From: an uncultured bacterium
Lineage (GTDB): Bacteria > Oederibacteriota > PGYV01 > CAWJRG01
Assembly: GCA_963845185.1 (NCBI GenBank)
Contig: CAWJRG010000009.1
Location: 352,001-416,000, forward strand
DNA length: 64,000 nt
Direction of reading: 5' to 3'
This document shows, piece by piece, positions 43,047 through 51,452 of this stretch. The notes under the pieces were generated by a model, which was not told the DNA's origin, ran no database searches, and was given only the letters and a program-made list of their open reading frames with translations. Position numbers and translations under genes: made by a program. Every line of letters begins with the position of its first letter. Position 1 is the stretch's first letter.

Positions 43047-43400
43047 ATGGTTGATTTTTTAGGCGGTTCAGAAGCGTTTATAAGGACTGAAATTACAAAT
43101 CTTAATAATAAAGTTCAAGAGGCGCAGTTGCAGGCAAGTAGAGTTGAAAATAAAGATACAAAACAAATGGCCAGGTTAAAACAAGTTTCTGGCGAATTTG
43201 AATCAATATTTCTTGGCTATATGATAAAAGAGATGAGAAAAACTGTGCCTGAAGACCCCTTATTCGGTTCAAGCCAGGCAAAAGAAATCTATTACGACAT
43301 GTACGACGACGCAATGGCAAAGGAGTTGTCAAAAGCAGGCGGTATTGGGCTTGCAGCCATGCTGTATAACCAACTTTCAAAAGGGCCTGATGTGAAGTAA
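43047..43400 (+). CDS. flgJ: Rod-binding protein FlgJ (short form, no muramidase domain)
   Basis: EFESIF...MRKTVP...GIGLAAMLYNQL. Confidence 0.88.
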   Translation: MVDFLGGSEAFIRTEITNLNNKVQEAQLQASRVENKDTKQMARLKQVSGEFESIFLGYMIKEMRKTVPEDPLFGSSQAKEIYYDMYDDAMAKELSKAGGIGLAAMLYNQLSKGPDVK

Positions 43401-43506
43401 AACATGCTTTAAGATTTTTAGTTCGAATTCCAAAATAACAACCAACAATTAAAAATCAAAAACAGAAATTTTTTCGTTTTTCAAATTTATCGCGGGAGAA
43501 AGCTAA

Positions 43507-43842
43507 ATGCCAATTGTTAATTGCGAAAGATGCGGCATGATATTTAACCAGGAAAATGCAGAAACAACATGCCCAAACTGCGTGTTCGAGGAAAAAAAGA
43601 CCTTAAAGAAAGTTACTGATTATCTCAGGAATCATCCGCTTGCAAATATAATGGAAGTCCATGAAAAAACACACGTAGAAGAGATACAGATAATAAGATT
43701 TATAAAAGCAGGAAGTTTAAAAATAAGAAAACCAACAAAAGAATTTGAATGCAGGTTTTGCGGTAAACCAGTAAAACACGGAACAATCTGCGACAATTGC
43801 GCGGACAAATTGTCCGACTCGTTTGATGAAGACAAAAAATAA
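43507..43842 (+). CDS. YvyF-like flagellar operon zinc-ribbon protein
   Basis: CERCG..F, CPNC, V.DYLR.HP.A, CRFCG..ICDNC; upstream of flgM. Confidence 0.8.
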   Translation: MPIVNCERCGMIFNQENAETTCPNCVFEEKKTLKKVTDYLRNHPLANIMEVHEKTHVEEIQIIRFIKAGSLKIRKPTKEFECRFCGKPVKHGTICDNCADKLSDSFDEDKK

Positions 43843-43957
43843 TAATTTGATTTATTTATATTTTAAATTTGCAAACCGGGGGATAAAGTTTAAATTGGAC
43901 CATAATGTTTGATTGAAAATAAGCCTTAATAAACTTAAAAATTAGCAAAGAAATCAT

Positions 43958-43984
43958 TAAAGTTATTATAGATTATTACGATAT
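43958..43984 (+). promoter_or_regulatory. Sigma28 (FliA)-type promoter for flgM-flgN-flgK
   Basis: TAAA-N15-TACGATAT. Confidence 0.6.
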
Positions 43985-44021
43985 ATATTATGAAAACAAA
44001 ATAAAAAGGAGGTAAGAGACA

Positions 44022-44318
44022 ATGGCTACAACAAATAATGCAGGGAATATAAATCCGATTCTCAACAGAAAGATGATAGACATACCCGCAAAACCAGTTA
44101 TTGCAAAGAAAGCAAATAATAACCAGACGCCGGCTGCGGGGGACAAAATCGAGATTTCTAGAAACGCAGCGCAGATAAGCAAAGCAGTCAGTAATATTAA
44201 CACCATACCGGAAATAAGAATTAATGCCGTCAATACAGCTGTTACTCAAAGAGTAATAAACCAGCAGAGAATACCTGCTGCTGTACTTGCCGCAAAAATG
44301 TTGCTAGAAGAACAATAA
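44022..44318 (+). CDS. flgM: Anti-sigma28 factor FlgM (divergent)
   Basis: DKIEISR, PEIR, LAAKML; position yvyF-flgM-flgN-flgK. Confidence 0.75.
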   Translation: MATTNNAGNINPILNRKMIDIPAKPVIAKKANNNQTPAAGDKIEISRNAAQISKAVSNINTIPEIRINAVNTAVTQRVINQQRIPAAVLAAKMLLEEQ

Positions 44319-44335
44319 ACAAAGGACGTAACAAA

Positions 44336-44833
44336 ATGAAAAGCGAATTAAAGGTTAATTTAATTAAGATAATAAAGAGCCAGATAGAAGGCTATAAAAA
44401 GTTAAAAGGCGTAATTGTTGAAGAGAATAAAGTACTGCTTGGCAAAGACATCAAAGGAGTGGAAGAAATAGCAAAAAAGGAAGAAAATATAGTAACTGAA
44501 ATAAAAAAAGACGAGAAGGAAAAGCATTCGCTGCTTCGGCAGATAAAAGAAGACCTAAAGTTAAACAATGACAGAACAATAACTCTTGTAGATATGCTTG
44601 CGAAGATGGATAAAGAAGAAGCGAAAGAAATAGAAAATGCTATAGTTGAACTTATAAACGTTGTAAAAGATTTTGAGACGACCAACAGAAGCAATATTCA
44701 TATGATAAAAAATTACCTTGAATATACCGACTTCACGCGAAAAATTAAAGAAAGAAGTGAGCAGGCTATCCAGACTACATATAACGAATACGGGTATAAG
44801 AAGACAATACAGGCGGAGAAAAATTCACCGTAG
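44336..44833 (+). CDS. flgN: Flagellar export chaperone FlgN
   Basis: Helical, N.SN..MI..YL motif, TYN..G tail; upstream of flgK. Confidence 0.8.
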   Translation: MKSELKVNLIKIIKSQIEGYKKLKGVIVEENKVLLGKDIKGVEEIAKKEENIVTEIKKDEKEKHSLLRQIKEDLKLNNDRTITLVDMLAKMDKEEAKEIENAIVELINVVKDFETTNRSNIHMIKNYLEYTDFTRKIKERSEQAIQTTYNEYGYKKTIQAEKNSP

Positions 44834-44865
44834 ACAGAACAATATAAACGAAAGGAGAAAGTACA

Positions 44866-46965
44866 ATGGCCACCATTAATTTAGCTATAGAAACAGCTTT
44901 GAGGGGTTTGATAGCAAATCAAACTGCAATAGACACAACGGCACATAATATTGCCAACATGAATAATATAAATTATTCGAGGCAAATTGCCGATATAACC
45001 GCAACGCAGCCGTTTACAGACAACAACGTACAGGTAGGCACAGGGTCATATGTTTCCGACATTGAACGGATAAGGGATATATACCTTGACAAGCAGATAT
45101 GGAGCGAGCTGCAAAATCAGGGCAAATGGTCAGTTATAGATTCCACCATGCAGAGCTTAGAGACTATTTTTCCTGAGGTCGAAAACGCAAGCGCTCCAGG
45201 TATAAATGCGCAGCTTACAGCATTCTGGAACGCATGGGCTACCCTTGCAGCAAATCCCGGCAATACTGCGGATCAAAATGCTGTATACAATACGGCGCAA
45301 AACCTTAGTGACCTTTTTAATCAAACTTCATCGGCTCTTACAGGCCTTCAACTTGATTTAAACCAACAAATGAGAGATACGCTAAACACCATAAATAATT
45401 ATCTGTCACAGATTGCGGAATTGAATAAACAAATAGTAATAGTAAAAGGGCTTGGCCAGCAGCCAAATGATTTAATGGATCAAATGGATGGCATCCTGAA
45501 CCAGCTTTCTCAACTTATAAATGTAAATGTTGTAAATATGCCGGATGGGTCAATAGGGGTATTTTTGCAGGGCATACCACTTGTGAGCGAAACTGATTAT
45601 AGACAATTTTCTGCAGTAGCGGGCAAAAAGGACTCCAAACTTGAAGATGTAGGACTTGATGAATATGTTGGCGCAAGTCCAGTAGATGTAACATCCATGA
45701 TTCAAAGCGGAGAGCTGGGAGGGATATTACAATCAAGGGACAATGAGATAACAACATTCAAAAATCAGCTTGACAACCTTGCGAGCTCGCTTATTACGGT
45801 CGTAAATGAGTTTGAAAGCGCAGAACCGGCCTCTGCTTTGGGCACTTATACGAACTTTTTTGTAGGTTCGGACGCAGCCAGTATAGGCGTAAACCCTGCT
45901 TTACAAAACGGCGCGAATATACTCACCACCAGCAATCAGGGGAATGTTGCAACATTAATTACAAATCTTCAGGATAAACTGCTTAATAATTTTATAATGT
46001 CCGATCCTAACCTGCAAATTAAAGGTGTTACCTCAGCAACAAAAATTGGGACTAATGGTCAACTTATATTAAGCGACGGAAGCAATGTTAATACCGTGAC
46101 TTTCAATTCGGGCGAAACTATAGCGCAACTTATTCAGGCGATAAATGTTAATGCGACGACATATTCGGCAATTTTTAACGATAAAACGCAACAATTTTTT
46201 ATGGTTAGTGACGGTCCCATGACCATGGAGGAATTTGATAACGGCGGGCCAGGGACCGCAGTTATGAGTTTATTGAATCTCGTTGAAACCCAGGTCAGCG
46301 CGGCACCTACAAATTATAATATAGGTTCATTATCAAAAAGCCAGATGTTGTATGGGGGCGTTATTCCTGCTTCTCCACCGATTCCTGCACTTCCTGCAAC
46401 ATGGCTTAATCAAATAAAAAATTTAAATTCTCCAATATCGACTCTTGGGACGGTTAATCTGGTAAAAGGTGGCGTGAGTACTTCCATCAATTGGACGGAA
46501 AATCAGACGCTAAATTTTACGGCTGCAATAATAGCAGCTGCAGGGCTAACCTTTGGTTCTTTTTCTCAAAACGACCAGAAATTTCATTTTGAGACTACGC
46601 CCAACGGCAACACAATTAGTCCGTTTAATATCGTTGATCAGAATGGAAATCTTACAACGGTAATGCGGCTTACAGGAAATCTGAATTTCGGTGACGCATA
46701 TAATGCACTTATAGGGGAAGTCAGCGCCGATGCGACAGGTGCCGATAATATGCTGTCCGAGTATAACAGCGCAGTCAGCCAGCTGCAGACCCTTCAGAAT
46801 AACATTAAAGCCGTCAATGAACAGCAGGAAGAGATGCTTGCGGCCGAATACCAGAATGCATATGATGCCTCTACAAAGGTACTCGGCATTATTGACGAAA
46901 TGATGACCACACTGATTAATATAGGGGTACCGTCATCTTCGTCCAGCGCGGCTGTGAGTTTATAA
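44866..46965 (+). CDS. flgK: Flagellar hook-associated protein FlgK
   Basis: AHNIANMNNINYSRQ, IERIRD.YLD, PNDLMDQ, YQNAYDAS.KV. Confidence 0.92.
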   Translation: MATINLAIETALRGLIANQTAIDTTAHNIANMNNINYSRQIADITATQPFTDNNVQVGTGSYVSDIERIRDIYLDKQIWSELQNQGKWSVIDSTMQSLETIFPEVENASAPGINAQLTAFWNAWATLAANPGNTADQNAVYNTAQNLSDLFNQTSSALTGLQLDLNQQMRDTLNTINNYLSQIAELNKQIVIVKGLGQQPNDLMDQMDGILNQLSQLINVNVVNMPDGSIGVFLQGIPLVSETDYRQFSAVAGKKDSKLEDVGLDEYVGASPVDVTSMIQSGELGGILQSRDNEITTFKNQLDNLASSLITVVNEFESAEPASALGTYTNFFVGSDAASIGVNPALQNGANILTTSNQGNVATLITNLQDKLLNNFIMSDPNLQIKGVTSATKIGTNGQLILSDGSNVNTVTFNSGETIAQLIQAINVNATTYSAIFNDKTQQFFMVSDGPMTMEEFDNGGPGTAVMSLLNLVETQVSAAPTNYNIGSLSKSQMLYGGVIPASPPIPALPATWLNQIKNLNSPISTLGTVNLVKGGVSTSINWTENQTLNFTAAIIAAAGLTFGSFSQNDQKFHFETTPNGNTISPFNIVDQNGNLTTVMRLTGNLNFGDAYNALIGEVSADATGADNMLSEYNSAVSQLQTLQNNIKAVNEQQEEMLAAEYQNAYDASTKVLGIIDEMMTTLINIGVPSSSSSAAVSL

Positions 46966-46987
46966 GTTAAAAACAACAATATAAAAC

Positions 46988-47022
46988 ACCCCGGGAGCTA
47001 AAAACTCCTGGGGTATTTTTTT
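46988..47022 (+). terminator. Intrinsic terminator after flgK
   Basis: ACCCCGGGAG-loop-CTCCTGGGGT followed by a T7 tract. Confidence 0.85.
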
Positions 47023-47055
47023 ACCCACATAGGCTCAATTAAAACCAAATAATTC

Positions 47056-47103
47056 TTGACAAATCAAGCTATATTTTGTATATTACGTATGAATAAATGT
47101 TCA
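47056..47103 (+). promoter_or_regulatory. Sigma70 promoter with downstream SmtB/CzrA-type operator
   Basis: TTGACA-N17-TATATT, then TATGAA-TAAATG-TTCA (47088-47103). Confidence 0.75.
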
Positions 47104-47118
47104 CTAATAGGTGATTAA

Positions 47119-47472
47119 ATGTCTGCAAAGAAAAGCAATAAAAAGACCCAGGATGAAAAAAAGGACATCGCCGAAGTACGAACCTTGATGAAGCCCGAAG
47201 AGACGTTTGAAAAACTCGCGCAGACTTTCAAGGTGCTGGGTGACCCGACCAGGACAAAAATAATATTTGCTCTTTCGAAAAAAGAGCTTTTTGTGCATGA
47301 GATAGCAGCGCTCCTGAATATTAGTCATTCGGCAATATCGCATCAGCTCAGCATACTGCGGCACATGGAACTTGTAAGAGTACGCAGGGAAGGAAGGGTT
47401 TTTTACTATACCCTCGATGACGTGCACATAAGCCACCTTTTTAACGAAGGAATAAGGCACGTGGAAGAGTAA
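47119..47472 (+). CDS. ArsR/SmtB family metal-sensing repressor (alpha5 Zn/Co site)
   Basis: FKVLGDPTR, SAISHQL HTH; DxH-x10-HxxE (DVH...HVEE). Confidence 0.92.
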   Translation: MSAKKSNKKTQDEKKDIAEVRTLMKPEETFEKLAQTFKVLGDPTRTKIIFALSKKELFVHEIAALLNISHSAISHQLSILRHMELVRVRREGRVFYYTLDDVHISHLFNEGIRHVEE

Positions 47473-47498
47473 ATAAGCCATAAATTTTTTTAGACTAT

Positions 47499-47520
47499 TA
47501 TATGAATATATGTTCATATA
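47499..47520 (+). promoter_or_regulatory. Second SmtB/CzrA-type operator, upstream of the transporter
   Basis: Palindrome TATATGAA-TATATG-TTCATATA. Confidence 0.8.
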
Positions 47521-47542
47521 TAATTACAAAAAGGAGCTGGGC

Positions 47543-48790
47543 ATGAGCGAAATAAAGAAAAAGACAAGCGGCAAAAAATGGTGGCTGTTATTGATTGCGG
47601 CAATAGGACCAGGCCTTACGGTCATGCTTGCGGACACGGACGCGGGTTCGCTCATAACCGCGGCACAGTCAGGCGCGAGATGGGGATATCATCTGCTTGG
47701 CCTGCAACTTGTGATAATTCCAATACTGTATTTTATCCAGGAGCTGACAACCCGTATCGGCATTACGACAGGAAAAGGGCATGCAGCTTTAATACGGGAT
47801 GTTTTCGGGATAAAATGGGCATGGATATCCGTCACAGCTTTATTTGTGGCGTCCATAGGCGCGCTTGTGACGGAATTTGCCGGCATTGTAGGAGTGGGGC
47901 TGATTTTTGGAGTTTCCAAATGGATTACGGTGCCATTGAGCGTGGTCGGTCTCATAGCGGTTTCCATGACGGGAAAATATAAAAGGGTGGAATCGATTTC
48001 CATCATTGTCGGCATGTTTGAGATAGTATTTATCCCTGCCGCCATATTCGCAAAACCTTCCTTAAGCGAGATTGCAGGCGCTTTCATCCTTAACCAGCCG
48101 TTCGGTGACCATTCATACTGGGTGCTTATTGCTGCCAATGTCGGCGCGATTATCATGCCGTGGATGCTATTTTACCAGCAGGGCGCCGTAGTGGACAAGG
48201 GTCTAAGCAACGATTCAATTAAATACAGCAGGATTGATACATTCATGGGCGCAATAGTCACCCAGGTTATCATGTCCGCGGTATTAATCCTGACAGCAGC
48301 CACCATAGGAAAGACAAACCCAAACGCGCCGCTTTCAAGCGTACAGGAGATAGCCGGGGTACTTACACCGCTGCTCGGGCCTTTTATCGGCAAGATATTA
48401 TTTGCCATAGGCCTGACAGGAGCTGCTTTAATTGCCGCGATTGTAGTTTCCCTGGCCATATCCTGGTCGCTGGGCGAGATATTAAAAGTAACCTGCACCC
48501 TTAACTGCAAATGGGACGAGGCGCCGGTTTTTTACGGCATTTACGCGGGAGGAATCATTGCCGCGGCCATACTGGTGCTGCTTGGCATACCGCTGGTAAC
48601 CCTGACAATAGCCATAGAAGTCATGAACTGCCTGCTTTTGCCTATAGTCCTCGGGTTTTTACTGGTACTTGCTTGGAAAATCATTCCTATCCCGTATAAG
48701 CTGAAACTATTGGAAAAAATTATTTTGGTCATAATATATACCCTGATTTGTGCTCTTGGAATTTATACTGTTTTTCAGTTATTTTTTTAA
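47543..48790 (+). CDS. NRAMP-related divalent metal transporter (non-DPGN clade)
   Basis: GPGL..LADTDAG, GARWGY, QELTTRIG..TGKG, GAIIMPW; ~11 TM helices; ATG after AAGGAG, in frame with listed ORF 47510. Confidence 0.88.
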   Translation: MSEIKKKTSGKKWWLLLIAAIGPGLTVMLADTDAGSLITAAQSGARWGYHLLGLQLVIIPILYFIQELTTRIGITTGKGHAALIRDVFGIKWAWISVTALFVASIGALVTEFAGIVGVGLIFGVSKWITVPLSVVGLIAVSMTGKYKRVESISIIVGMFEIVFIPAAIFAKPSLSEIAGAFILNQPFGDHSYWVLIAANVGAIIMPWMLFYQQGAVVDKGLSNDSIKYSRIDTFMGAIVTQVIMSAVLILTAATIGKTNPNAPLSSVQEIAGVLTPLLGPFIGKILFAIGLTGAALIAAIVVSLAISWSLGEILKVTCTLNCKWDEAPVFYGIYAGGIIAAAILVLLGIPLVTLTIAIEVMNCLLLPIVLGFLLVLAWKIIPIPYKLKLLEKIILVIIYTLICALGIYTVFQLFF

Positions 48791-48809
48791 TTTTGCTTTG
48801 TAAAGCGCA

Positions 48810-48873
48810 AACATCTTCCAACATTGACAACATCTTCCAACATGTTGACAAAGATAAAATGTTATTATATCAT
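48810..48873 (+). promoter_or_regulatory. lnt promoter preceded by a short tandem duplication
   Basis: AACATCTTCCAACAT at 48810 and 48829; TTGACA(48845)-N17-TATCAT. Confidence 0.55.
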
Positions 48874-48908
48874 TTGAAGACATCAATAAAATAATTCAAA
48901 GGATAAAC

Positions 48909-50531
48909 ATGAAAATAAATAAATTATATATTATTTTAAGCCTTTCAACAGCGGTAATGCTGATATTCAGCTTCCCGAACTTTATTGAATACGGCATAAA
49001 ATACCACACCTGGTTTTTCGCGTGGTTTGCTTTTGTGCCTTTATTTGTCGTGATGATAAAAGCTGAAAATAAAGAACAGGCTTTTTTATACGGGTTCATA
49101 ACGGGCAGTGTTTTTTATCTCGGATCGCTTTACTGGCTGTGTTTTGTAAGGATTATGGGGATATTTGCATATATATGCTGGCTCGCGCTTTCGCTTTATA
49201 TTGCCCTGTTTATAGCTTTAAGCGTAATGCTGGGGAGATACCTGAAAGACAAATTAAACATTGGCTATTTGCTCTGCGTGCCTTTGATATTTACCGTGCT
49301 TGATTTTGTACGCGAATGGCTTTTTTCCGGGTTTCCGCTACTTACCATAGCGCAGAGCCAGCAAAGCTTTGCTTACGCGCTGCAGCTGCTTAAATTTACA
49401 GGCGTGCATGGGTTGAATTTCCTGATAATTTCTTCCAATATCTTAATTACCCTTTTAATATGCAGGATAATACCGGTTCATCAAAAATCCCAGCTTGACG
49501 CAGGAGCGGGAGATACCATTCCGGTTACGCAGGAACCTCAACCCGGTGCAGGGGCGGGCAACTTCACAAAGGCAGAAAATATCGCGTGGCTGGCAATAAC
49601 CCTGCTGCTTTTGGTTATGATGTATACGGCAAACACAAACAAAAAGGAAAATTTTCAGCCAATTAAAACAGCATTACTGCAGTCAAATATGGACCAGAAC
49701 GTGGAATGGAACAAAGATTATAAAATTACCACGATGGATTTATATAAACAGCTTGTCCTGAGCGTGGTAAACAGCAGGCCGGCACTTTTTATATGGTCGG
49801 AAACGGCATATCCCGGCGCGCTTAACATGGAGCCTGAAGGGGCAAAAACAATAAGCGGCTGGGTTAAAGGTTATGAGGCTTTTAATGTTGTCGGTTCAGA
49901 CTGTGTTTTGTCAAACCAAGGCGAATACAGGTATTATAACAGCGCATTTTTGATTTCACCCAAAGGGGCAATCCTGGGGGATTACAGCAAATATCACCTC
50001 GTGCCTTTAGGGGAATATGTACCTTTCAGTGATGTATTTCCAATTATCAGGAAAGTTATAAGGCGTTACGGCTATGAAAGCTTCAGCCCGGGCAAAAAAA
50101 TCGCGCCGTTGTCAATGGACGGCAAGTATTTCGGCGTGCTAATATGCTATGACAGCCTGTTCCCGGAAATCAGCAGGGATTTTGTGAAAAAAGGCGCGGA
50201 ATTCCTGGTACATTTATCCTATGAAACTTGGTACGGAAAAACACCTGCATCGGCGCAGATTTTCACAAATACGGCGTTAAGGGCAGTTGAAAACGACGTT
50301 TGGATAGCACGGTGCGTGGAATCAGGCATATCGGGCATAGTTGACAACAGGGGGACGATAGTTCTTTCCACCAAGTTATTCGAGCGCATTTCAATTGCAG
50401 GGGATATTTTTATAAAGCGTGATAAATCCAGGAGTTGTTACACGGCCTGCGGCGACTGGTTCATATATGTACTACTTCTTGTTTTGGCGTTGGCCGTAAT
50501 TTTAAGGATTAAAGAAAAGAGAAAATTATAA
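48909..50531 (+). CDS. lnt: Apolipoprotein N-acyltransferase
   Basis: WSETA (E), YSKYHLVPLGEYVP (K), LICYD (C) nitrilase triad; TM N-terminus. Confidence 0.93.
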   Translation: MKINKLYIILSLSTAVMLIFSFPNFIEYGIKYHTWFFAWFAFVPLFVVMIKAENKEQAFLYGFITGSVFYLGSLYWLCFVRIMGIFAYICWLALSLYIALFIALSVMLGRYLKDKLNIGYLLCVPLIFTVLDFVREWLFSGFPLLTIAQSQQSFAYALQLLKFTGVHGLNFLIISSNILITLLICRIIPVHQKSQLDAGAGDTIPVTQEPQPGAGAGNFTKAENIAWLAITLLLLVMMYTANTNKKENFQPIKTALLQSNMDQNVEWNKDYKITTMDLYKQLVLSVVNSRPALFIWSETAYPGALNMEPEGAKTISGWVKGYEAFNVVGSDCVLSNQGEYRYYNSAFLISPKGAILGDYSKYHLVPLGEYVPFSDVFPIIRKVIRRYGYESFSPGKKIAPLSMDGKYFGVLICYDSLFPEISRDFVKKGAEFLVHLSYETWYGKTPASAQIFTNTALRAVENDVWIARCVESGISGIVDNRGTIVLSTKLFERISIAGDIFIKRDKSRSCYTACGDWFIYVLLLVLALAVILRIKEKRKL

Positions 50532-50535
50532 GCAT

Positions 50536-50634
50536 TACAGCTTGTTTTCGGTAAAAGCCTCAGACTTGAGCGGGTATAAGCAAGAGTAATATTTTTGCCG
50601 AGCCTATTGATGACTTGCAAAAATAAACTCTTGC
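50536..50634 (+). ncRNA. Candidate structured two-hairpin intergenic element, copy 2 (homologous to 1396-1492)
   Basis: TACAGCTTGTTT-TC-GGT..GCC-TC-AGAC-TT-GAGCGGGTA; GCAAGAGT..TATTTTTGC...GCAAAAATA..ACTCTTGC. Confidence 0.55.
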
Positions 50635-50663
50635 AATAATTTTAACGGAGGATAATTTTTTTA

Positions 50664-51452
50664 GTGAAAAAACCATATATTGTAATATCGAACGACGACG
50701 GCATCAATGCCAAAGGATTTAAAGAGTTATACAGCGCAATCCCAGATGGATGCGAAATACTCGCAATAGCCCCAAGTAATGAAAGAAGCGGGGCATCCCA
50801 CAGCGTGACGCTTGACAAGCCCCTGACAGCAGAAATAGTAAAATTTCTTTATATTCATGCTTACAAAGTTAATGGGACGCCGACTGACTGCGTAAAACTG
50901 GCGCTTGCGAATTTCATAAAACGCGTGCCTGACCTCGTGGTATCGGGAATAAACCACGGGCCGAATACCGCTAGCAACATCATCTATTCCGGCACTATAG
51001 GCGCGGCAGCCGAAGCGGCTTTCCTTGGAATACCGGCGCTTGCTTTTTCCCTATACAGCTATGACGAAGACGCGGATTTTACATTTGCAAAAAAAATAAT
51101 AAGAAACACCATAAAAAAGGTCCTGAAAAAGGAAATCAAAATAAAAAAATACGGCCTTCTTAACGTCAACATCCCATACGTGAAAGAAAATAAAATAAAG
51201 GGTATTAAAATACTTCCCTTGGGAAAATATTTTTACAATGAAAAATATAGGTGCAAAGGCAAGGGCAATAAAAGGGAATATTTCCTGTTTTCCGAAGGCA
51301 GGAAAATACAAAGCAACAAAACAGGCATGACCGACGCGCATGCCATTGAAAAAGGCTTTGTCACCATGACTCCACTGCACTTTGACATGACGGATTACGG
51401 GTTCTTGAAAGAGTTAAGGAATAAAACCGCGCACGGCATAATTTCCGAATGA
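50664..51452 (+). CDS. surE: 5'/3'-nucleotidase SurE
   Basis: SNDDG, GTPTDCV, VVSGINHGPN, YSGT. Confidence 0.95.
   Translation: MKKPYIVISNDDGINAKGFKELYSAIPDGCEILAIAPSNERSGASHSVTLDKPLTAEIVKFLYIHAYKVNGTPTDCVKLALANFIKRVPDLVVSGINHGPNTASNIIYSGTIGAAAEAAFLGIPALAFSLYSYDEDADFTFAKKIIRNTIKKVLKKEIKIKKYGLLNVNIPYVKENKIKGIKILPLGKYFYNEKYRCKGKGNKREYFLFSEGRKIQSNKTGMTDAHAIEKGFVTMTPLHFDMTDYGFLKELRNKTAHGIISE

Noticed and set aside
50540..50570. Minus-strand CTGAGG...CGAAA resembling a hammerhead ribozyme core
   Set aside because: Lacks the full CUGANGA and three-stem junction, is not conserved in copy 1, and G-U pairs favour the + strand
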